DNA of 64,000 nt from the human T2T-CHM13v2.0 reference genome, Homo sapiens. Location: assembly GCF_009914755.1 (NCBI RefSeq), contig NC_060932.1; one strand, written 5' to 3'. Made by a program: the position numbers and the translations under genes. The notes under the pieces are model-generated. The model ran no database searches, had not been told where the DNA came from, and saw only the letters and a program-made list of their open reading frames with translations. Below, in pieces: positions 53,325 through 64,000 of this stretch. Positions within the stretch are counted from its first letter, which is position 1. Each line of letters starts with the position of its first letter.

Positions 53325-53880
53325 ATCACTCATTCACTTACTCAATGAAAAAAAATGTATTTAGTGCCTGTTGTGCGCAGAGGAATCCAGAGATGAGGGA
53401 GATTAAGGCCCATAGACTAGAAGGAAAGATGGGATGCAAACGGCAGTGCCAAGTTCACACATAAAGCAAAGTAGGGAGGAAACCACTCAGCTTGAGAAGA
53501 AGTAGGCTGTCAGGAAAAGGGTCCATAGGAAGGGTTTCCAGCAAGGAAGAAAAGATCATGATGCTGAGGAAGGAGATGAAGCTGCTTTCTATGTACAACA
53601 AGTGCAAAGGCCTAATGTAGTTCAAAGTGAGTGGCACCTAGAAGCCAACTGTGGATGCAAACAGAAATGAAGCAAAAGATGGAGGGAGGATATGAAAGGT
53701 TTTCTATGCTATGCCAAGGAACTTGGACTTTATCCATTGGAAGTAGTAAGCCTTTGAAGGATTTGGCTTCCAGGAAAGACATGGTCAGAACTGGGTCACA
53801 AATGTCTCCATTGATCAGACTGTTAGTTGAGATTCCAGCTTTTCCTCCCCTGCATGAATGAGGGGGGCAGAGCTTAAGAC
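53325..53880 (-). mobile_element. L2 fragment
   Basis: CACTCATTCACTTACTCAA...TGCCAAGGAACTTGGACTTTATCC...GACATGGTCAGA. Confidence 0.75.
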
Positions 53881-54527
53881 TGGTCATGACAGACCTCTCA
53901 ATGACCTTTCCATTTCAGGCAAGTCAAGGTTACCACTCATAGTCATCGTCCTAGCAGCCATTGGGGAAAAGCAGCTGGACAAGAGAAAAGAATGACGGCA
54001 CATGAAACACCCTTGAATAATCCCCCTAAATTGACCCCCGGCCCTGGGACATCTGCCTACAAAAGAAACCGTGCCTGCATCTGTGCTATGTTTCACATTT
54101 CCCAGGCCCGTATCTTCTCCAAACGCAATCTGGACAGCCAATATTTATCAAGCAAGAGAGGAAACAATCAACATATTCAGGAGAGGATGGAAAGAGCAAG
54201 ATAATTTCTTGATTTGGGTTTACACAGTGGATCAGGGTTTGTGTTGTTCTCTCACCTCCAAAAACCTCATTGATATCTTCTCCACCTTAGAGGAAAAGAG
54301 GACTAGGAAGTTATTGATATAAAAAGAATTGCCATGGGAAGGATGCCCACGTGGGACAGTGCCAAAGCTCTCTCTCCTGATGGGACCCTCTGCTAATGGA
54401 ACCACTTGACCAAGAAGGACAATTTTTTATTTTTGTTCCTAAAACTTCAGAGTGTCATGGAAGAGAAAACAGGACCCGGTTGCAGTTTGACATGCACAGA
54501 AGCCCAAAAAGGACTCATTGCTGCTGA

Positions 54528-54752
54528 GAGGTAGTGTCATCAAAAAGGAAAGTATGGGTCTTGTAGGCAGATAAATGTGGGTCTAAAACTGGGTCCCAAG
54601 CCATACCTCCTGTGTGACCTTAGGGCACATGCTAAACTTTCCTAAGCCTCATTTTCTCATCTATAAAATGGGTAATATATTCTAATGAATAGGTAATATA
54701 TTCCAAATGCTAAGCACAGTATTTAATGTGTACTCAATATACCCCATTATTA
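54528..54752 (+). mobile_element. MIR SINE
   Basis: TGTGTGACCTTAGGGC...AAGCCTCATTTTCTCATCTATAAAATGGGTAATA. Confidence 0.88.
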
Positions 54753-54849
54753 AAATTATGCATAGCTTAATGCTCAAGATGAGTTCCCAGGCCATTTATT
54801 TAGTAAAGTATGATGTGCTTTAAAAACAAAAATAATAATCCTACAACAT

Positions 54850-55850
54850 GAAAGTCATAATACACTAAAAGAAATGTTTGAAGAAATGGCATCCATAAAA
54901 TAAAATAATTACTATTTAAGATTTTCTACAGATTTCTTAATTAGCATAGAGTAGATATTCAGGAAATTTTGTTGAATGTTTAGATAAATTATTGAGCTAA
55001 TTAATTTAATACATGATATAGGCAGATTTTAAGTCTATAAACCTGCATAAGACAAAGCAGTATTAGTATAAAGAAAGCTTACATAGACCGACAAAACTGA
55101 AAAAGTACAATTGCCAAAGGATTGAAAGAACAACGCAGAGAAGAGGAATTTGAAATTACCAATAAGCCTTTGAGCAAACCAATGTTCAAACAATACATAG
55201 TTGTATAAACACAAATGCAGACTAAAGCATTATTCACTATCGAGTTGTAAAAGATTTTTAAACTAACAGCATCCTATGATTGTTTGGGTGTCATGAGATG
55301 AAGCAATTCAGGCACAGTTAGTCAGAATGGACATTTACTAGCCTTTCTGGAAAGCCACTTTTCAGCACTACTACAAGCCTTGAATGATCTGCGTAGTTTG
55401 ACTCAATAATTCTACCCCTAAAAGCCTCCAATATAGAAATAGGAGAGCCATAGACAAGGATTTATCTATAGAAATGTTTGTCACACTATTATTTATATAG
55501 TATCAAAAGAAGAATAAAAGGAGAAGGAGGAGGAAAGAGGAGAGGAAGAAGGAAAACGAAGAAGAAGAGGAAAGAAGACTAAATGTTTAGCAAGAGAAGA
55601 ATATTTAATAACATAAGGCTTGCTGTTTATATACTTTTAAATAAAAGTAGTGAATAAATAATATTAAATATCAGTATGATCATAATTTAGTGAATAAATA
55701 TTAGATAGATGTAGATAGATACGAGGACAAATCCAAAAATAGATTAAAGACAGAACATAAATTCAACAAAATATTATGTAGTTATTTTGCATAGTTATTT
55801 GTGTAAATAAAAAAAGGCTGCTTAAGAGAGAATAAAAATTGCATTCTTAT
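54850..55850 (+). mobile_element. Highly decayed L1ME fragments with a GA-rich tract at about 55507-55578
   Basis: GCCTTTCTGGAAAGC...TTTGACTCAATAATTCTAC resembles the L1 ORF2 end and 3'UTR; strong A skew. Confidence 0.6.
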
Positions 55851-55889
55851 CTAACTTCTAAATAGCAAAAAATGGGAACCCAGGACATT

Positions 55890-56192
55890 CAGATGCTTCT
55901 TAGCTTATAATGAGAGTATGTTCCAATAACTCTATCTTAAGTTAAAAAACATTTAATACACCTCACTTCCTGAAGACCACAGCTTAGCCTAGCCTACTTT
56001 AAACATGCTCAGAGCGCTTATATTTGTCTACAGTTGAGGAAAATCTACCACAAAGCTTATTGTATAATAAAGTGTTGAATGTCTTATGTAATTTATTGAA
56101 TGCTGAAAGTACACTTTCTACTGAATGAATATCACTTATACACCATCATGAAGTCCAAACATCTAAGTCAAACCATTGTGAATTAGGATAGT
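55890..56192 (+). mobile_element. MER47A with internal deletions
   Basis: CAGATGCTTC...AGCTTAGCCTAGCCTACTTTAAACATGCTCAG...TATAATAAAGTGTTGAAT. Confidence 0.85.
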
Positions 56193-56620
56193 GAAGTAAT
56201 ATCATCAACCAGCTAAGAGAAAACCATGCTCAATCTGCAGTTGTATGCACAAAGAGGGGTAACTTGTGGGAACTAGAGGTTGACACAATAGAATTAAAAT
56301 ATAGGGCAGCAATAGCAAGGGAGTTTGGATGAAAAATAATCAGTTAAAATATTATGTATTTTTATATTGTTCAAGTGTATAGAAAAGATAATACATTTAA
56401 ACTTTGTTAACATGGTATGTGTGTTAAAATAGGTAGGTAACTACTAAAATGATAGTCACACAGCATATAATTGCCAAATAAGTAGAGGGAGAAAAAATGG
56501 AAAAAAACTAAATCAATCACAATGAAGGCAAGAAAGAAAAAAAAGAAAAGAAAAGAAACATAAAAGACAGACGAAGTGGAAAGCACATAACCAAATTTTT
56601 CAAATAAATCCAAATATATC

Positions 56621-56848
56621 AGTGCCTAGTCTGCTCCAGCTGCCATAGCAGAATATCATAGACTAGGTGACTTAAACAACAGAAGTTTACTTCTCGCAAT
56701 TCTGGAGGCTGGAAATTTGACATCAGGGTTCCAGTATGACCGAGCTTTGGTGAAGGGACTCTTCCTGGTTTGCAGAGAGCCACCTTCTCACTGTGTGCTC
56801 ACATGGCCTTCCCTCTGTGTGTGCATGGGGTGAGAGAGAGAGAGAGAA
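56621..56848 (-). mobile_element. MLT1A-like partial LTR
   Basis: GACTTAAACAACAGAAGTTTACTTCTC...TTCTGGAGGCTGGAA...CTCACATGGCC. Confidence 0.85.
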
Positions 56849-56909
56849 ACAGCAAAATAAATGGTACTGAACAACAAAATAGGATGGCAAACAAATCAGT
56901 GCCTGGATT

Positions 56910-57735
56910 TTGTGACAGTTTGGTTTATTGTTCAGAAATATTCACCCTTTTGCCAGTTCTACCATGGGTGTGATAACTGCCCCACCCACTGAAGTGACTT
57001 GTTTTAACCAACAGTATATGATATGATTTGGATGTTTGTCCCTGCCAAGTCTCATGTGGAAATGTGATCTCCAGTGATGGAGGTAGAGCCTGGTGGGAGG
57101 TGTTTGGGTCATTCAGATGAATCCCTTAGGAATGGCTTGATGCCTTCATATTCTCACTCTGTGTTGCACGCAAGATCCAGTTGTTTAAAAAAGTGTGGCA
57201 CCTTCCCCCTTTCTCTCTTGCTTCCATTCTTGCTCTATGATACCCTGCCTCCTCCTTTGCCTTCTGCCATGTGTCGAAGCTTCCTGAGTCCCTCACCAGA
57301 AGCATAGCTGGCCCTGTTTCATGTACAGCCAGCAGAACTGTGAGCCAAAATAAAACCTCTTTTCTTTATACATTACCCCGTCTCAGGTATTCCTTTACAG
57401 CAATACAAAAACAGACTAACACAGTATAAGGATAGATATAATTGGAGCAAAGGCTTAAATGTGTTTATATATATAAAATGGGGTTTGGCCTTTTATACTT
57501 CTGTCATAATGATGAGAAAAACATGTTCTAGTCTATGGTCTAAAAAGGGTGAGAGACACATGGAACAGACCTGAGCTTAACCTGTAATTTGGAAAAAAAA
57601 CAAACAGCAGAATCCCACCTAGATCAGCCAAACCCAGCCAATTCACACATGTGAATCAGTGTGAATCAGAATGAGACACTGAGTTTTGTAGTAGTTCCTT
57701 ACACAGCATATTTTGTGGCAACAGCTAACTGATAC
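56910..57735 (+). mobile_element. MLT1H/I/J-like LTR interrupted by MSTB
   Basis: GTGACTTGTTTTAACCAACAG before the MSTB; CACTGAGTTTTG...GTGGCAACAGCTAACTGATACA at the end. Confidence 0.75.
57019..57423 (+). mobile_element. MSTB-like MaLR solo LTR
   Basis: TG...CA ends, GAACTGTGAGCCAAAATAAAACCTCTTTTC; 5-bp TSD GTATA on both sides. Confidence 0.92.
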
Positions 57736-57899
57736 AGAGCTATATTTATAAACCTGTATCAGCCAGCCCCAGAGAGATCTATAAATATATGACTGACAGT
57801 AAGTCACCAAGTGTATTGGGTAACAGCTAAGTGATATAAAGTAATATTTATAAACTTCAATCTTTATGTTGAAAGAATAACAACCAACAGTTAACGGAT

Positions 57900-60580
57900 T
57901 AGAAAAATGACAAAGAATGTACACATGAAAAGAGAACAATGACAAAATCAGAAAGCAATTACATTCTAAATCAACATCCATATCTCTGCAAAGGACTTGA
58001 TATACGCTTATAGATCCAAAAAGCTCAGCAAACCACAAGCTGGACAAACCCAAAGAAATCTATGGCAAGGTTCATTATAGACAAACTTCTGAAAATTAAG
58101 GACAAATAAAAAAATTGAAAACAGTGGGAAAAAAATGACTTTTTATAGAGAAAAAAATATGAATGACTGATTTCTCATCAGAAACCATGAAAGCCAGAAA
58201 GAAGTGACGTAACACATTTAAAGTGCTGAAAAAAAATGTCAACTCAAAATTCTGTAACCAAAAAAAAATATTTCCCTGCAATGAGGGGGATATCAAGACA
58301 TTCTCAGATGAAAAATAACAAGAATATTTTGTCAACAGAACTACCCTAAAAAAATGACTAAAGGAATTTCTCCAAACAGCAAGGACATCTGGAAGAAAGA
58401 ACAACAGAAAGAGGAAAATTACAGGTAAATATATTTTGCTTCCCTTGAGTTTTCTAATTTACATTTGATAGTCGAAGCAACATTTTTAATATTGTCTTAC
58501 GTGGTTCTGAATGTATGTACAGAAAATACTTGAGACAATACATTATAAATGAAGATAAAAAGGAAGGAATGTTTTTACACTTCACTTGAACTAGTAAAAT
58601 TTCAATACCAGTAGACTATGATAAGCTATGTATATACAATTTAACATATATAGTAGCAACTATTTTTAAAAGCTATACAAAAAGATACCATCAAAAATAT
58701 TATAGGTAAGTCAACATGAAATTATAAACCATGTTTAACTAACCCACAAGAAAAACAGAAAAAGAAAACAGATACATGAAAATCTGAGAGGAAAAAAAAA
58801 AAAACAGAGAACACAATGGGAAGCTTCATTCAATGTAAGGGTACTAGAAGTTCTAGCCAGTGCAATTAAGAGGAAAAAAATAAATAAAAAGGCATATGTG
58901 TTGAAAGGAAGAAATTAAACTGTCTTTATTTGCAAATGACATGATTATCAGCACAGATAATCAAGATAAATATATAAAAAGATTTCTGAAACTAATAAGT
59001 TAGTTCAGTAAGGTCGTAAGCTATAAGACAAACAAAGGAAAATCAATTGTATTTGAATGTATCGACAGTAAACATATGGACATTAAAATTAACAATACAA
59101 TATAATTTATATTTATTAAAAATATAAAATGCTTAGGCATAAATCTAACAAAACCCCCACAGTACTTGTAGGTGAAAACTATAAAATACTGATTAAAAAT
59201 GATCTAAATAAATGGAATAACATAGCATGTCCATGGATTGAAATACTCAACATAGTCAGTTCTCTCCAGATTGATACACAGCTTTAATGCAATTCTTATA
59301 AAAATCTCTGCAAGATTTTTTTGTAAATATAGCTAAAACAATATTGGAAAAAAAATAGTGAAGTGGTATTCCAAGGCTTACTATATGGCCAGAGTAGTCC
59401 AGACTGTGGTATTGGCAGAGGCATTGTATTAGTCCGTTTTCACACTGCTGTAAAGATACTACCTGAGACCGGATAATTTATAAATAAAAGAAGATTAATT
59501 GACTCACAGTTCTGCATGGCTGGTGAAGCCTCAGGAAACTTACAATCATGGTAGAAAGCAGGGAGAAGCAAACACCTTCTTCACAAGGCAGCAGGAGAGA
59601 GAGAGGGGCAGGGAAAGGAAACACTCATAAAAATGGATCTTATTAAAATTAAGAATTTTGCTCTCTGAAAGACCCTGTTAAGGGGTTAAAAAGATAAGCT
59701 ACAGTTGTAGGAAATATTTGCAATCCACCTATCCAAGCAACAACCAATATCTAGAATATATAAAGAACTCTCAAAACTCAATATTAAATGCAAATAATAC
59801 AATTAGAAAATGGACAAAGTACATGAAAAGATGTTTCACCAAAGAGGGTGTGTGTTTGTGTGTGTGTTTGTGTGTGTGTATGTACTGTATATGGCAAATA
59901 AACACATAAAAATATTCAATATAATTAGCTGTCAAAGAAATCCAAATTAAAACCACATTGGCATATCACTACACATCCATCAGAATAGCTAAAATAAAAA
60001 ATACAACACTAAAGTCATTATCACAAAGAAATACAAATTTATGTTCTACAGGAATTTGTACATAAATGTTCATAGCAGCTTTATTCACAATAACCAATAG
60101 GTAAATGGTTAAATCAACTGTGGTACATCCACACCATGGAATACTACTCAGCAATAGAAAGGAATAAAATATCGACATACACAACAACTTGGATGAACTT
60201 CCAGAGAATTATGCTGAGCAAAAACAGTGACTCCTAAAAGGCTACACACGGCATAATTCTCTTTACATAACATTCTTGAAATGATAAAATTATAGAAATG
60301 GAGAAAAAAATCAGTGGTTGCTAGGGGTTATGGAAAGGGTGGGGGTCAGGAGAAGGGAGTGTGGCTATAAAATAGCAACATAAGGGAAACTTCCGTGGTG
60401 AAAATGTTCTTATCTTGATTGTTATCAGTATCAATATCCTGGCTGTAATAATGTACTATCATTTTGAGAGATGTTAGGATTAGCAGAAAGTTAGTAGAGA
60501 ATACATGGGATCTCTCTGTATTATTTCTCAACCCCAAGTAAATCTACAATTATTTCAAAAGAAAAGTTTAATTTAAAAAA
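57900..60580 (+). mobile_element. Internally deleted L1MC element (ORF1 end, ORF2 pieces, 3'UTR)
   Basis: GATTTCTCATCAGAAACCATGAAAGCCAGAA (ORF1); CTAGAAGTTCTAGCCAGTGCAAT...TTTGCAAATGACATGATT (RT FADD region); L1MC tail GGGATCTCTCTGTATTATTTCT. Confidence 0.85.
59425..59615 (-). mobile_element. THE1D/MSTA-like partial LTR
   Basis: TGTATTAGTCCGTTTTCACACTGCTG...GACTCACAGTTCTGCATGGCTGG...GGAAACTTACAATCATGG. Confidence 0.9.
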
Positions 60581-60699
60581 GCAATACTTGTACAAATATT
60601 TTAATGAGGTATCCTAATATTTCACAAGATACCTCTTGCAGTTTTCCGAGAAAGAATTTTTAATGAATCTTTAAGAATCAGACTCAATTGATTCTTATG

Positions 60700-62460
60700 A
60701 CTTTAAAATGGAAATCTTGGCTTATCAAAAAAACTTATACATCCTCAAAAAATGTAATTGGTGTTTACATGTGATATACTAAAATTAAATTTTTTTTATT
60801 GAGGAAATTTTAAAGTTTGGGTCAGAATTTATAAACAAAAAGAGTTAGAAAGACAGAAAATATAAATCAATTTTTCCCAGTAAAAATCAGATAGAAAATA
60901 TAATTCTAAAGAGATATATTTATAGTGGTATTATTAAATATAATGCACACAATAAGAAAAAGTGTAAGCCATTTATGGATAATATTGTAAAACTTAATGG
61001 AAAGACATTAAAGGAAATCTAAATAAATGGTAAGCTATATAATATTGTAAGTAAGACAGTATCTTAAAGATGTGAATTTTCCCCAAATAGATCTATAAAT
61101 TTAATGATATTTTACCAAAAATCCTAACAGCATGTTTTCATATACCTTAACTGATTCTAAAATTTGAAAAAAAGTTCAAGAATGGCCAAGATGCTCCTGA
61201 GGATGTAAATCAAAGTTATGGGACATCCCCAGTAGGATATCAATAACTGTTACAGAGATTTAGGGATTAAGCCAGCGTGGTGCTGGTGCAGAAATTAACA
61301 AAATGACAAATGGAAAAAAATAGAGTGCCTATGAACAAACATATACCCAAAATGGAAACTGTTATTTACAAAATGGTCATTGCAGATCACAGGAAAAATA
61401 ACTTTTTAATAAATTGCACCGGAATAATGATTATTTATAAGTATTACATCGATATTTGATCCCAGCCAAAGATCTATTTCAAGTGGAATGATTTGAAGGT
61501 TAAGGAGCAAACTATAAAGCTATTAAAAGAACATAAGAGAATATATTTGTGGTTTTGGGGTGTAGAAGTATGTTTTTAAAAAAACACAAACCTTAAAAGA
61601 AAAAATAGACAAATTTCACTACATTGAAGTTAAGAATTTTCTTCATCAAAAGACACAATAAAGAAGCAAAAAGCCTCAAGCTGAGTGAAGACTTTTTTAA
61701 ACATAATCAATAAAGGCTTTGTATCTAGCATCTATAAATATTTCCTACAAACCAGATGTTTTTAAAAGACAGCCAAATAGATTGGGAAAAAGTTATAAAC
61801 AAGCATTGCACAGAGAAAAGGACACACAAATGGTCCAAAAACATGTAATGCTTAGCCTCTTTGGTAACCAGGGAAATATATATTGAACCCACAAACAGAC
61901 AATTACCATTTCATGCATGACAGACTGGCAAAAATTTTAAAGGTGCACAACACCAAGTGTCAGTTAAATTGTGGATCAAAGAAAACTATAACACATGGCT
62001 GGTGCGAAAGTACATTGGCACAGCCATTTGTGGAATGTTTTGGCACTGAGCAATAAACGTGAACATGTACAGTGGATATACCACAAAATTATAATATCTG
62101 AGTTCTTGAGGCAAACAGGCAAGGTCTGGAGCTGCCACAGACTTTTCTACCCCAACACCCCTACAAACAATGTCCTCCATGTCCTGCAGGTAAACCCTAC
62201 AGACAAGCACAAGAACAGATAACAACTTCTGGTGACCACTGCTTCACTCGTCAAAAGGAATGAATACAGCTATGCACATTAATATGGATCAATTTCAAAA
62301 CACAATGGCAGGAGAAAGAAGCAAGTCACAGAAAAACATATGTGGTATGATTCTGTTCACATAAAGCCCAAACAGACAGAACTAAGCCTTATATCATTTA
62401 AGAAATTGTACATAGGTGACAAACTTATAAAGAAATAATAAAATAAACATAGAGAGTTTT
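60700..62460 (+). mobile_element. Old L1ME ORF2 to 3'UTR fragments
   Basis: AAAGACATTAAAGGAAATCTAAATAAATGG; GACTGGCAAAAATTTTAAA...CCAAGTG; GAAAGAAGCAAGTCACAGAA. Confidence 0.75.
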
Positions 62461-62499
62461 ACATTTGCTTACAATTTGGTCAAAGAAAAATGGGGGCCA

Positions 62500-63118
<619 letters not shown>

Positions 63119-64000
63119 GGTGGGGGGCAAAGGGTAGAGGAAAGTCGGGGAGGGGTGGCTGATGAGGAACAAGGAGAGGGAGAGAGTAGAATAGATAATT
63201 ATGCACACTGGAGTCAATTATTTGAGAATTAATACCTTAATGTCTTCATTACTGAGTTCTACATAAGCTCTAATCACCTTTGCCCTAGGCTCTGGGAATT
63301 TCAATGTATATGTTGATAATGATTCCTCAAAGCACAGTGTTCTAAAAGGAAAATGCTATTTTGGAGAAATAAGCCTGTTACCAAAATCCATTCTGCACCA
63401 AGCCATCCAAACATCCTGCCCCTTAAAAGGTGGTCTTAAAATGAAATAACGCTGAAGAGGTGAATCAGATGAGGAAATGAACTTACAAGCAGATAGGGAA
63501 AGGGCAATTCTAATGTCTAATTCACCCCATATAAACCAGTGTATTTATCCGCCTCTTCCCATCGCTTTGCATTTCCATGATGTCTATCATCATGCCACCA
63601 GGGCCGTTAGATGCAAGATGTTAAATTGGAAGAAAGCTGTTAAATAAATGGGGCTTTAGAGAGCCTAATGAAATGTACTTTCCATACACAACACGTCCTC
63701 AGAGGGAAGAATTGCCAGTTTACAGGATGATTTATGTGCACCCTGAAGTTAGGTCTATGCCAGAATTTTTAGTACTGGGTAAACTCATTTAATCCTATAT
63801 TTATTAAGCATAGGCTAATAATTTCTGACAGTTTTACATGATGGCCATAGCACAGTGCATGGGAAATAGAAGAAATGGGTGCTACACTAAGTACTATAAT
63901 TCAGCAACGGTGCTACTTTGGGCAAACCATTGACCTTAGCTCTTTCCAAGTATAATCATGTAAAATGCCTACCTACAGACCCATGGGTCTGTAGAAGCAT

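Overview
Primate DNA, most likely human (AluY/AluYe-type and L1PA insertions). It is CpG-poor and looks intergenic or deep-intronic. I see no credible host protein-coding exon, structural RNA gene, CpG island or CRISPR array. The only recognisable ORF-track peptides are decayed Tigger1 transposase, L1 ORF2 C-termini and Alu-derived frames. Most of the window is layered transposon fossils: many MIR and L2 fragments, old L1M pieces, MaLR/ERVL/ERV1 solo LTRs, MER20/MER47A/MER58/MER82, a full-length Tigger1 with four nested retroelements, about 14 Alu-family elements (including a FAM and a young AluYe-like copy) and three short L1PA insertions with target-site duplications (TSDs). Family names are from recalled consensus sequences, not a RepeatMasker run. 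I found no new biological system. The best leads are a ~130-bp locally templated copy (2058-2188 vs 3822-3951), a fold-back quasi-palindrome (36883-36920), a head-to-head Alu pair ~40 bp apart, a consensus ISRE overlapping a candidate non-coding exon (18003-18105), and several motif-rich candidate enhancers.
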